Under the pieces are notes generated by a model. That model saw only the letters and a program-made list of their open reading frames with translations. It did not search any database and was not told where the DNA came from. A DNA stretch of 64,000 bases from Marsupella aquatica (taxonomy: Eukaryota; Plantae; Marchantiophyta), in contig OZ316892.1 of the NCBI GenBank assembly GCA_973895155.1, positions 1,303,123 to 1,367,122 on the forward strand, written 5' to 3'. The position numbers were made by a program, and so were the translations under genes. This document shows, in pieces, positions 49,107 through 61,093 of the stretch. How positions within the stretch are numbered: position 1 is the first letter of the stretch; each line of letters opens with the position of its first letter.

Positions 49107-50685
49107 AACTTATGGGCATGGAAAGTTAACTTCGTAAGAGCCAACATGCTCTTACCAAAAAACACGGTCACCCAGACACCGCCGAAATGTACCCATAAAC
49201 CAGTGACTCCTGACTGATTCCCGACTTAGGAACTTCTAAGCCATTGCCCCACCACTCTGCCATTCCACTCTCAGCAATCATAGCTATGACAGTCCTCACC
49301 CAGCCCGCTTCAATGCACCCTGTACACCTCTCAGTGGCGCTGCTAGTCCCATCATACACTCAAATTGCCTCACACACACACATCCATGAGAGAAATGAGG
49401 CTTGAGAGGAAAACTCAATTAGATTCAACGATGTGCACAATAGTTCACTGAGAACACTTGATCCGAACAATAGGCCCGAAGGCTGCCTACTCCAGATTGC
49501 GACGTGCTTGCCCCGCAAGCCCTGTGCTTGCCATGCAAGCTCAATCCTGAACCTGAGCCCGGGTCACTCCAGATTATGACGGCAGATTGGACTCGAACCA
49601 ATCCCGTACTTGCCTTGCAAACTCAATCCTGAACTCAACCTCCTTCACTGCACTTCATTCTTGGGGGCACATACAGATCTCACACCTCCAATTCAGAACG
49701 TCAAGTTACGCATGCACAGTTGACTCGACTTCAAAGCTGGTACCCGGCCTAACGACGATCTATCCCAGACTGCAATGAGGCCCGGCCTCATGCTTGCCCT
49801 GCAAGCTCCGCTCTGGCCATAGATCCCTTAGTGCTCTCCACCAGACAAAGGCCGGGACTCCCCATGGATCACGTAGCCTTGCCAGACTGAACTGTAAATG
49901 CTCCTCCTGTTGCCCCTCAATCAGTGTCTTAGCCTCCCTAATGTGCTCACCACAAATCAAATTGACATCCTCTCCACAGTTTACAATCACCAATACATCA
50001 CCTATCACCAAGGCTCTGTATCGAGGGAAAAGAACCCAGTTGTGCTACCCACTAGAAAGAGCCACAATCCAGCTCGCAAACCTAGCAACCCGTTGCTGTG
50101 AAGCTTGGTTGATTACTCCCTGAGTAATAGCACAACCAAGCTCTCCCCAACACGCAGCGTCCAAGTCCAGCCTTGCTTGCATAGAGCTCCTCCCTGCTGC
50201 TCAGTCTAAGTGAGATCACACAACTGAAGTCCCCCCCCTTGCCTCTACCGGGGGGCTGCTCTATATACTCTCATACTGAGCCCAAATGGGTGGATACTAC
50301 GCTGCTGGAGCCCCATCCCAGCCCTAACAGAGCCGCCACTATCTCTAACTACTGAACCCTAACTCGCAATTTTATTTCTATCTCGAATTGGCTATGTACT
50401 TCGGATTTGGCCCTCCTCCATGGTTTTTGCGAGCTTGCGCCTCCTCTCCCGATTTCTCTATTCAACCATTTGCTGCGTGGATAGCAGCGTTGGAAGCGGC
50501 TTGAGCTCCTCTTTCCAACGAGGTCAATTATAGCCGATTTGGCCAAATACACAGAAAGTTATGCCCCCGCAACCGAGAGGGGGTACTCATTGCTACGCTA
50601 ACCCGAGTTACATAGCTAACCCGAGTTCGGCTAGCCTAGCTATCCTATCTAACCTTAGAAGAGTTAACCCGTGGCCTCGGGCTAA

Positions 50686-51045
50686 GCCGCTATCCGTGTC
50701 CGTTGTTCGCTATCTGTGTCTGTTGTCTGTGTCCGCTATCCGTGTCCGTTGTTCGCTATCTGTGTCTGTTGTCCATGTCCGCTATCCGTGTCCGTTGTCC
50801 GTGTTTGTTGTCTGTGTCCGTTATCCGTGTCCGCTATCTGTGCCTGCTGTCTACTATCCGAGTCCGTTGTTTGTGTCCGTTGTCCGCTATCCATTGTCCA
50901 TTGTCCGTGTCCGCTGTCCGCTATCCGTTGTCCCGGGTTTAGTCTAACCCCAATCTAAATCCGCTAGCCACTAGCCACTATCCGGTATCTGTATCCGCTA
51001 ACCTCTATTTGCTATCCGCTATCTGTGTCCGCTAACCTCTATCCG
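50686..51045. repeat. Degenerate short-period array (GCTATCCGTGTCCGTTGT..)
   Basis: TATCCG/TGTCCG hexamer variants repeated for ~360 bp at the end of the 47475-51050 insert. Confidence 0.88.
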
Positions 51046-51653
51046 CGTGACCCCCAGGTGGTCAGCAATCCAAGTATTTTGCCTAAACCCAGAGTTTGGC
51101 GGACCCCGGTTTGCTATAATTGCGAGAAACCTGGTCACTTTGCCCGAGAATGCACAGAGCAACGGAAGCAAGGGGATGGGAGAGCGATTCCATTATGCCA
51201 GGTCTGTCAAACTGAAACCCATTCCACGTCAAATTTCCCCTTGGTGTTAGCTGCGAAGGCCGGAGCTTTCCGAGCTGCTCTACTTGCGACCCCATCGACT
51301 ACGGATGTGGTGGTGCAGATGGTAACGATGGAATGGCAGGACGACGCCACCGAGTGGATTGATCTAATAGAAGCAATCGAGCAAACGGGAGCGCACGTGG
51401 ATGATGAATGTTACCGCGTTTCTACCCGATCATCCCGCAAGAAAGACAAGTACGAAGGACGAGCTCGGAAGGATGACAAGCAGAGAGACGTGGTCGCGGA
51501 TAAGCATAGTCTGGTAGAATCGGACAAGCAGGAAGACTACCAGCGGGATCACCTGAAGTTATTTTACCCGCGAGTAGAGGAGCTGGTCAAGAAGCAATTG
51601 GAAGCCTACGAGGTCCAAGAGCATGAAAAAGCCATTAAAAAAGATATTGCCGA

Positions 51654-51950
51654 CTTGGGGGTTTCATTTCCACAAAAATGGCATATCACGTGCGACAAAG
51701 GATAGTGTCATTTTATTGGTTGTAAGGAAAGACTTAAGAATTTTTGTAGAAGAACAATAGGGTCTTTTAAATTCAATTTTGAGACTCATAAGAACATTAG
51801 GGTCTTTGTAATCCAATTTTTGGAATATTCTAAGAATATTCCAACTTTATAGGGGTTAAAAAATTAAAAAAATTCTTACATTTTAGAGGGGTCAAAGGCC
51901 TAAAAACGTCACAGGTGATGGGGAGGTCCCCATATAGTGAGACCCCCGAG
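51654..51950. mobile_element. MITE family X copy 3 (8-bp TSD ATTGCCGA) in gypsy gag
   Basis: TIRs CTTGGGGGTTTCATT / AGTGAGACCCCCGAG. Removing it restores KKDIADAKAAEK. Confidence 0.9.
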
Positions 51951-54850
51951 ATTGCCGATGCTAAGGCGGCAGAAAAAGCTGAGGAAGCTAAGACTGCCTT
52001 GGAAGCTCAAGTCAAGGAAGTAGAAGCATTAAAATCTGCGACCCCACCGACTAACCAGTACGACATCAAAAAGGACGTTCAAAATTATGCAGCCACGGCC
52101 ACCGTCGGACAACTATTGCAGGATAACCCGAAGTATCAGTAACAACTCAAGGAGATGCTGATAGGGAAGAGACGGAGATGGCTCCCTCGGGTAAGCACCT
52201 TAGCCGACTGTATGATGATTTATCAGGACCTAGGGGCGCCTGAGGTTTCTATTGAAATAGCGGGCTGTACTGTTCGGTTTGTACCGGTAGATGGCGGGTC
52301 CGGAGTAAATATCATGACAGAAGATACTTCTGTGAGGTTGGGATATATGTCATACAACCTACAGCCCGCGCCATTCGGTTAGCAAACGGCGCCCGAATCA
52401 TGCCGTTGGAAACGTTGATCAAGATATCCACGTGGATTGGAGGCCTCAAGTTTTTTCTAAATTACCTGGTGATGCGACCAGTTCGACCATCGACTTACCC
52501 AGTACTGTTGGGCAGACCCTGGTTATATGGTGCCCGAGTCATTACCGACTGGGGAAAGAAGGAGTTATGATATGGTAACCCGACTACGACGGTATCATGG
52601 AAGGAAGAGGACTCTCAGGGCAAAACACTGCAGGGACCCGAAGAATATGACTCAGAGGAGGAAATCTCAGAAGAAGAGGTAAATATGGTGGAGTGAATCT
52701 CTCAGCTTGACGAAGAGGAAGTCTTCGGGGTAAGTGCCACCCAAGAGGCCCATATTCTGAACCAGCCCCAAGCAAGGCGCCAGGGACGCCAGTAAGTGAT
52801 AAGCGAGCAGCGGGTCAAGAAATCCCCGTACTACTGAGCACTATGGAGGTCGCTGGCCAGGGCACCTTGCCAGGTATACTTGAGGAGAGCGCTACCAAGG
52901 CTACTACTCCACTCAAAAGAAAGAAAGTTACATGGAGCCCCGAAGTGCCATCCATAAAGGACAAAGAACCCAAGGAGCTCCCAAGGAGCAGCCGACAGTC
53001 TGGGAACTTGTGGTCTACGATGGCACCAGACTCAAGGAATTGGAAGACCATCTCGACCGGGCCACAAGAGACCATGTGGATGTAATCCGCAAGGAACACT
53101 ATAGCAAGTACACCACAAGGAGGGAGAGGACATTCAACGTGGGTTATGGCCTACGAGCCCCGGAGGAAAAGGCTATCCAAGACCTCCTATCAGAGTATGA
53201 GGACGTCTTTGCATGGAGTCACCAAGACCTAACCGGAATTTCACCAGCCTATGGTGAACACGTCATTGATCTCAACTTAGGTGCTCATGCCGTTCGAGAG
53301 AGACAACGAAGACTTAATCCAAGACATTCCATCTTGGTAAAGGAGGAGTTAGATCAACTGATCGTGGCGGACATCATCTACCCCGTCTTATCTAGCGAAT
53401 GGATGTCCCCCATTGTGGTGGTTCCTAAGAAGGTAGGGCCCGATGATAAACCCAAGATTCAAATATGCCAAGACTACCGAAAGCTCAACGACGCTACTCG
53501 GAAAGACCATTACCCGCTGCCCTACACGGATATGGTTCTTGACATGGTAGCCCAAAATGAGGTATACACCTTCCTGGATGGATATTCAGGTTATAACCAG
53601 ATTTGGATCAGACTATCGGACCAGCTCAAAACCACGTTCATAACGGAATGGGGAACCTACGCGTTCAGACGGATGCCCTTCGGCTTATGCAATGCCCCGC
53701 TATGTTCCAGCGAATCATTATGAATATTTTTCATGATTTCTTACGAGAATTTTTGGAGGTGTTCATAGACAATTTTGCCATCTTTGGAACAATCGCTCAA
53801 CACCCAAAACACCTGAGGCGGACTTTTGAGTGCTGCCGAGAAGTAGGTTTGAAGTTACACCCGGGTAAATGCTTCTTCAGGGTAACAAAAGGAGTGTTGC
53901 TAGGACACCGAGTATCCAAACGAGGGATTGAGGTGGACCAAGAGAAGGTGATCGCATGGATGAATGTCCCTTACCCAACGGACCAAAAGGCGGTGCGATC
54001 CTTCTTAGGCTGCGCAGGGTACTACCGGCGATTCATTCAGGATTTTGCCAAAATAGCCCTACCCCTCACCAAAATGATGAAGCAAGACGCAGTCATAGAA
54101 ATGACTCCCCGCCGAGTAGCAGCCTTTGACGAACTAAAAAAATGGCTAACTATGGCTCCGATCTTGACTACCCTTGATTGGAATAAGGAGTTCCATGTGT
54201 ATGTTGACGTATCCGGGTTCTGCATCGGGTCAGTCCTGAGCCAACTGGATGACTTAATTTGAAACCAAAGGATAATCTAAGGAACACCATAGAGATCCTT
54301 GGAAAATGTGATAGTAGGAGTGACTTGCCACCTACCTAGTTGGGTACACTAGTTGGTGTAATTATGCTTGCTAGTTGTATCCAGGGTTGTGTACTTGCTG
54401 ATTCTACTCCACATTGACCACTTCAGAACAATTTTGGACCCCTTGCAAGCTAAATATTTTGAGAGACCCATTGCAATTTAGGAGTTGAAGAAATTTGGTA
54501 CTTTCTAAGCAGGTTTGGTTGAGCCTTTAGAATCAAAAAAGAAATTGACAAGTCCGCCCGACAAGGGCCTCATTTTCAATATAATAATTGAACCCCGTGC
54601 CATTGCAACCTGTTCCCTTTTACCTTGTATTACTTTCCTTGTACTACTAAAAAGCTTATTTATTAGCAATCATAATTTATAAAACAATGTTCAAAATGAA
54701 TAAAAAATTATTCAATTGTTTCCATGTCCTCTGCATATTAATTGTGAGTGTGGGCCTAGGGGCTTGACTTTGCATTCTTCCATTTGACTTAGTTGGATGA
54801 GTTGAATCTTGTGATGCGCACTTTGATTAGATTTGTGTCTGGATTTTGGA

Positions 54851-55150
54851 CGAGGTATTCTATGTTGCGAGCAAACAGGAGATTTTGATAGCGAGCAGAT
54901 TTTGATAGCGAGACAATAATGGTTCCAAATTTCAGTTGCTTTTTGGTGCCCTTTACATTTTTTGTGTTTTTTTAAGGATTCCAGATTGCTAGCGAGCTCG
55001 CTAGCAAAAAGGGAGTCCCCAAAAGGGATGTTACCAACCAGGTAGTTGATAGCGAGTCACTTGCATGTAGAAAAATAGGGGTCATGCAGGAATTATTTTT
55101 TCTCGTGCGAGTAAAATTTTTACTGTTTGCTCGCACGTTACAATTACCCG
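54851..55150. mobile_element. 300-bp MITE with 8-bp TSD ATTTTGGA
   Basis: Imperfect ~28-bp TIRs containing TGCGAGCAAACAG / CTGTTTGCTCGCA. Central 22-bp perfect palindrome. Confidence 0.8.
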
Positions 55151-55399
55151 ATTTTGGACACCCTTGCAAAATATTTGATAACCCGGACTCTCTAGATGCT
55201 TTATCAGGTACACATTGGGTTGAGCCAGAGGTTGACCATTCAAAAAGGGGTAAAAGTTTCCATATTTTTTTGGGGTTGAGTTATGTTTCAGCAAGGGCAT
55301 TTTGTGAGGAGATCCACAAACTGTTAGCTAGGTAAAGTACTACTATGACCTATTTGCTTATTACAGACTATAATCAACCAATCTCAATCATTTCAAATT

Positions 55400-56460
55400 T
55401 GTACATATTATTCAGATAAATTATTAAATATATTTTTTATTTTTAAATTTAAAATGTTATTTAATTAAAATGTTATTTAAATATTTTATTTATAATTTAA
55501 TTTTTTAAATATTATTATTAAATTAAAATATTATAAACTATAAATATTTTTATAAAAAATTATAAACTATAAAAAATTAAAATTTCATTAAAAAAATTTA
55601 TTAATAAAAAAAATAAAAAAAAATATTTGAATTATATAAAATAAATATATTTTTTAAAAAATATAAAATTAATATAAGATTTTATTTGAATCAAATGTGT
55701 TTCAAATATGAAATTAAATTAATATAAAAGAAATTTTAATTATAATAAATAATAATAATAATAATAATAATAATAAAGTTTTAAAATTAAATTTTTTTAA
55801 TAAAAATAATGAATTTTAAATTATAATACTTTATTAAATTAAAAATTATTTTTCTTTATAACATAAATTTTAATATAAATATTTATTTATTATTAAATTT
55901 ATTTTGATTAATTATTAAAAAATTTAAAAAACAAAATATTTATTATAAAAATACTTAAATAATAATAATTAAGAATAAATATTTAATTAGCATAAATTAA
56001 AAAAACATAATATTTTTTTATCACATATAAATATTCAATAATATATTATTATATATTATAATATTTGTATTATTAAAAGAAAAGAAAATAATATTTTTCA
56101 AATAATTATATATAATTTTGAATAATATATTTAATAGTGTAAATTAATTTTATATAATTTTTTTTATAAAAATTAAAATTTGTTTTTTTTTCTAATGTAT
56201 CTTTGAGTTATTTAAAAAAAATGAAATTTTTTTCATATAATATTTTATCTCATCAAAAAGATAAAATAATTTTTTTAAAACTTATAAAAATAAATTAAAA
56301 AATTAAACTTTATTAAATTAAATATATATATATATATATAATTTAAAATAAATAAATAAATATTATTTCAAATAATTAGTTATATTTCTATTTAAAATAA
56401 TAAGAATTTAAATTAAATATTAAAAAATTATTTAAAAAATTATTTGTCTAAAGAGAAAGT
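55400..56460. repeat. Extremely AT-rich low-complexity tract with (AAT)n and (AT)n runs
   Basis: Base composition directly visible. Confidence 0.9.
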
Positions 56461-56629
56461 TTTATTTTATCTCCCCGTCACTTGGTTAGACTCTACGACA
56501 CGATGACCTCTATCTCATGTCTCCAATTTTTATTTGCAACACGAATTACAATACACGACCACAACAACTATACGGCTAAGATCGCACACAACATACCTCA
56601 ATAATTACATGGTAAATTCATGGTAAATC

Positions 56630-57265
56630 TCTTTTATATGTCTCATTTAGCATCTTTTTTCTAATCTTTACATATTTTTTGTTGTTCAATATTTTTTTCT
56701 CGTCTTGACATATTTTTATCATTCATATTCATATTTTTCAATTTTTTTCACATTCACATCTTTCTTCACTTGATATCTGTTTTCTTTTCGACGTCTTTTT
56801 CTCTCTTCAAGATTTTTTCTTGCCTTGACATTTTTGTCTTATATCATCATATTTTTCTCACTTGGATGTTTTTATCTCATCTCAACATTTTTCTCTCACC
56901 CTCGATATTTTCTCTTCTCAACATCTTTTTCTCATTTTTATATCTTTTTCTCATCTCAATGTCTTTTTTTCTCATCAACATTTTTTTTCATCTTGACACT
57001 TTTTCCCTACCTCAACATCTTTTTCCTGTATCGTCATCATTTTCTCACCTTGACATTTTTATCTCCCCATGACATCTTTCCCTCATCCATGTCATTGTTT
57101 TTTCTTGGACACAACATCTTTACATATTTTCTTCATCTCACTATCATTTTTCTCTCAAACATCTTTTTCTCTCAAACATCTTTTTCTCACCTCAATTTCT
57201 TTTTCTCACTTTGAATGATATTTTTTTCTTTCATAGACATCTTTTTCCTCATCTCAATATCTTTT
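56630..57265. repeat. Pyrimidine-rich degenerate repeat (CATCTTTTTCTC-like)
   Basis: Recurring ACAT(C)TTTTT(C)TC units. Confidence 0.75.
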
Positions 57266-57769
57266 GTACAACGCACAGACATTGGGCTACTATGAATATG
57301 TTATGTTACTTTATATGTTTAAATTTCAATGATCGATTCTGAATATCACAAAATTATTTAGTTTCAAGAATGGTAATTATAATCACTAAGTACAAAATAT
57401 TTCATTGATCCATTGAATTTTAAATTTTATCCATATATAAGAGTTAGGTTGTTATACACATACATGAATCATAGTTTTAATTTATGAATACATGTCATTT
57501 TTATCTATAAATGAGGATTATAGTAAATTAGTATAGGTTGCCTGCATTCACTCTTATGAGTCAAAATTGTCATACTTACTCATGAGTTTGGGTTGATATT
57601 GAGAATAGTAAACATTTGTAGTTTTTAGTATAAGGTATTTTTTTTACTCTTGGAATTCATAGTTGTTATCCTTAGATTTATACATGAATTAGTGTTGATA
57701 TTGAGAATAAAAAATAATTCTAATCTTCAGTAAAAAATATTTTATTTACTCTTAAGATTTATAATTATC

Positions 57770-58620
57770 ATTTTTATATATAAATTAAATTAATAATTTT
57801 TAAATATAAAAACTTTAAACTTTGAAAAATGAAATTTAATAACTTTGGATTGGAGAGCAAAAACATTTTATCATAAGATCCAAAGATTAGTGATCTTTAA
57901 ATTACAAAATAAATATAAAAAATAAAATTTTTTTAAGAAAATAAATAATCATACAATATATTAATAAAATTTATAATTTACTTCAGACTTTATTATTTAA
58001 TTTTATATAAAAAAAATTTTAAAATTTTAAAAATTATCATATCTAAATTTTAATTATAATAATTATTTTTAAAAACTTACTAAATTCATAATATGAAGAA
58101 ATATTATAAAAATAAATTTTTAAAATTAAATATATATTTTTAATATAAAATAATTAATTTAAATCTATAAAATATTTAAATATATTTTAAAAATATTAAT
58201 GTAAAATAAATTTCTAATATTTATTATTATTTATATAAATATTAAATTATTTATATTTAAAATAATATAATATTAAAAGTTTTTTAAATATATTTTAAAT
58301 AAATTTATTAATATAATAAGTTTTTCATTTTATTTAATATTTATTATAAATTAAAATTAATAAATAATATTTTATATAATATTTTGAAATATAATATATT
58401 TTGACTAAATAATTTATTTTATTTTATAAAAAACTATTTATTTATTATAATATTTTAGATAAATTTATATTTTATTTATTTACTTTTTATATAATTTATT
58501 ATAATTTTAAATATTTAAATAAAATAATTCTTATAAAATAAACTTAGATAACCAAAAGGTACCCGAAATAATTATTTATATTTATAAAAATAAATTATTA
58601 AATTATTGTAATTAAATACA
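57770..58620. repeat. Extremely AT-rich low-complexity tract
   Basis: Base composition directly visible. Confidence 0.9.
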
Positions 58621-59836
58621 TATACCCAATGTAAAGAGAGTCCATGCACAGATCCTTTGCAACTCAATTTTTCTATTATACAAAAGCCCACATGAGAACA
58701 AAAGAGGCATGGGGACATTGTTGAGGGCAAAAGCACAGAGTTTATCTATTAGACAAAGGTAGGCATAGGAGACATGGTTGAGGGCAAGTTAAGAGTATTG
58801 CCTCTCTTTGTCCCTATGCATCATGATGTCTAGCCTTGCCTTGCCTTGCCATTCGCCCTTCAACCTGTCCTAGAAAAAGATGTCCCCCCTAGTACATTTA
58901 CCTTCAGATGGAAACCCAGTGGCAATAAAGGAGAGACCAAGTGAAGAAGGTGCCAGGCTCAAATTGGTCGTATTGAAAGTCGCAGCGCTGAGAATGAATA
59001 GACTGGAATTTCTACTAGCGTTCCTCAAACAGTCACTAAGGTAATAGCATCAGTCGAAACGAATGGATAGACTGGTTGTGATGTCAAAGACGCGCTGCCC
59101 TGATTGAGGATTTCCTGCACACCGGGTTTTAAGGTTTCCTCCAGTTATGAACACATGGGAGGGAGAGCTTTGAACAATTCAATTTTTTCCAAAACACTTG
59201 ATACGTAGCTTTGCTTTTCTCGCACTGCCAAAATTGGCATCACTTGTCTTCCCATGCGGCCAATCTATAAATGAGCCACAAACACGGTCGGCTCAGATGT
59301 CTGTCTGCAACCGAACTTGGAAATCACGAACACTCGCTGCAGTACTAGACGGCCACCTTGCCATCTCATGGCATCTGCTTCAGCTTTTCTCCAAGTGGGA
59401 TCCTTCCTCATTTCGTCACTCAATACTGCCCTGGACATGATCTAAGCTTGGTGGAAGAAGTACTCTCCTCGTACTGGACGAGTACATCTTGCAGACTTAT
59501 AGACGAGCTCGAAGGTGAGTTCCCTACCTGGCAACAGGTGCACAATTGATGTCCCCATCGGATAGTGCTACCGGCCCCCCTATGTCCCACCTAGTGCTAG
59601 TGAGCATAACGAGAATGCACCTTGGCTACCAACTCCCTTGGAAGGCACGAAATTTGCCACCCACAAAATTAAAGCAAGAAGATAGATCGGAGGCAAAATC
59701 CCCACATAAAGGGTGCTGTCACAAACTGCTTCGGCGGCAAAGCCATTCGTTCATGCCTTCCATCATAGTGGGAGTGGTCAGCGAGCTCAATCATTACAAA
59801 ACCCTTGTGCTGAAATCTTCCAGACTCCATGAAGTC

Positions 59837-61093
59837 CTACAGAATGATATCTAAACGAGGGTCAAAGAGAAAGATTTTCGTTGTTGGCGGATGTCTCCTC
59901 GTCGTCCTGACGACAGGTGAAGGCAAGACGGTCCAAGTTTTGGAATCCAAATTACAAATCCCCGTAAACTCATCATTATGAATGCACACAAATCCACCAC
60001 CCACATCGAACGAGACGAAACTCCTACTATTGGCCAAAGGTGAGGGCAATTGCAGCGCAGTCTTCCATTCTGAGGCCAAAAAGTCAAATTCATACAGAGA
60101 GAGCTGCCAGAAATTGTTCAAGTAGGAATCCGCCTCCCCAATCCGGAACCTCAATCTCAGAATAAGCAGCAATCTTCCATCACTCTCGAACAATCTGCTC
60201 TCCACATATGACGAAGAGGGTGGAAGTGGTGCATCACCCACCACCAAGTTTTGTTCCGGCCCCAACTTTATACGCTCGGCTGCTGGCTGGTGTGTTGGTT
60301 TGATTCTGTACAAACGGGGTGAAGTTCCGTGGAACGTGGAGAGGAAAAACAGGTCACTACCTACGAGGGTAACCGATGGAAGCTGCTCTGCCAACGTGCA
60401 AACCGGAGAACCCTCGTCCCTTAACGAGACATCCTCTACAAGCTTCCAGGAGTTGCTGTGGACGTGATACACATAAAATTTCCAGCCATGCCAGTGTAGA
60501 TGATGCGGATGTATAACGTGTGGATCGTCCCAAACGTTCCACACCCCGGCAAGGATTCTGATCGTATCCGTGTCCTTGTCAAGCGTCATTTCGAAGACGT
60601 AGCTCTGCTGGAGAGCGATGTGTTCTAAGTCCGGCGGCAAGTGCAGCTGCCGTTGGCTACGATTGAGCGGATTGAGCAGAATGAGAGTCCGCTTCCCCCG
60701 GGTGGCTCCCTCCATGAGAAGCAGACCGGCAGCGGCAGCGATGACCTGAAAATTGGCCGACGACGAAAACGTTTGCCAGCTCCCACTGAGCGGACTGTAG
60801 ATCTGGAACTCCCCGCCAAGGATGTCAGGATTGAGACAGCAGAACGGGGATGCTGATCCTTCCGGTGGCCGGGAGCACCTCAAGAGTTCCGGGTCCCGGA
60901 GAAGGGTTCTCCAAAGGACACATACTCGCTGAAGACGTAGCTTGTCCATCCATGGGAGACGCTTCAGGATGGCCATCTGCAGCTCCTCAGGGTAGTTGCT
61001 CCATGGACTATTATCCTCGATGTTTACCAGCTGCTGCTCCACCTCCTGCCCCGCTTGCTGCAGCATCCGTTCCTCCTCATCAATCTCCTCCAT
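59837..61093 (-). CDS. F-box protein with C-terminal beta-propeller-type (kelch/FBA-like) region, 418 aa, intronless CDS
   Basis: F-box motif PWSNYPEELQMAILKRLPWMDKLRLQRVCVLWRTLL. IAAAAGLLL, LLNPLNRS.RQL.LPP, YHVHSNSW and terminal FLFDPRL are typical of plant F-box/kelch-like proteins. Confidence 0.9.
   Translation of the reverse strand: MEEIDEEERMLQQAGQEVEQQLVNIEDNSPWSNYPEELQMAILKRLPWMDKLRLQRVCVLWRTLLRDPELLRCSRPPEGSASPFCCLNPDILGGEFQIYSPLSGSWQTFSSSANFQVIAAAAGLLLMEGATRGKRTLILLNPLNRSQRQLHLPPDLEHIALQQSYVFEMTLDKDTDTIRILAGVWNVWDDPHVIHPHHLHWHGWKFYVYHVHSNSWKLVEDVSLRDEGSPVCTLAEQLPSVTLVGSDLFFLSTFHGTSPRLYRIKPTHQPAAERIKLGPEQNLVVGDAPLPPSSSYVESRLFESDGRLLLILRLRFRIGEADSYLNNFWQLSLYEFDFLASEWKTALQLPSPLANSRSFVSFDVGGGFVCIHNDEFTGICNLDSKTWTVLPSPVVRTTRRHPPTTKIFLFDPRLDIIL

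Larger units (their letters stand above)
47846..49178 (+). mobile_element. Solo-LTR-like insert E2 (1333 bp), homolog of E1
   Basis: TGTCGTG...CCCAGACA. CCGC duplicated at 47842-47845 and 49179-49182. Shares ACAGTACTAGCACACT and the TATA region with E1. Confidence 0.88.
47475..51050 (-). mobile_element. Insert in gypsy gag with non-canonical TCA..TGA termini (~2.2 kb without nested E2)
   Basis: Ends TCAGCGGACA / TATCCGCGTGA form an imperfect inverted repeat. Flanks CACCC/CCCCC. The gag frame is restored on removal. On the minus strand: tandem array, TATA-like box near 50265, then a decayed ORF. Confidence 0.7.
39767..54255 (+). mobile_element. 3'-truncated Ty3/gypsy retrotransposon with extra upstream ORF and nested inserts (left boundary tentative)
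   Basis: Candidate LTR end GCGCGACA at 44201 followed by TGGTGACC (PBS-like). Gag, PR, RT and the start of RNase H are in gypsy order. No integrase or 3' LTR visible. Candidate start TATCACGGGG at 39767. Confidence 0.8.
44415..54255 (+). pseudogene. Gypsy gag-pol, interrupted by inserts and stops, truncated in RNase H
   Basis: Gag FKG*PTDDPDEWLAEF...LRGEAHPWF. Zinc knuckles CSKCYQSGHVVHEC and CYNCEKPGHFAREC. Protease VDGGSGVNIM. RT WMSPIVVVPKK, DYRKLN, LDGYSGYNQI, MPFGLCNAP, FIDN. RNase H FHVYVDVSGFCIGSVLSQ. Confidence 0.92.

Noticed and set aside
50561-50958. Cys/Val/Arg-rich ORFs in three frames
   Set aside because: Artefacts of the stop-poor hexamer array.
56770-57214. Phe/Ile/Ser-rich membrane-protein-like ORFs
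   Set aside because: Translations of pyrimidine-rich low-complexity DNA.
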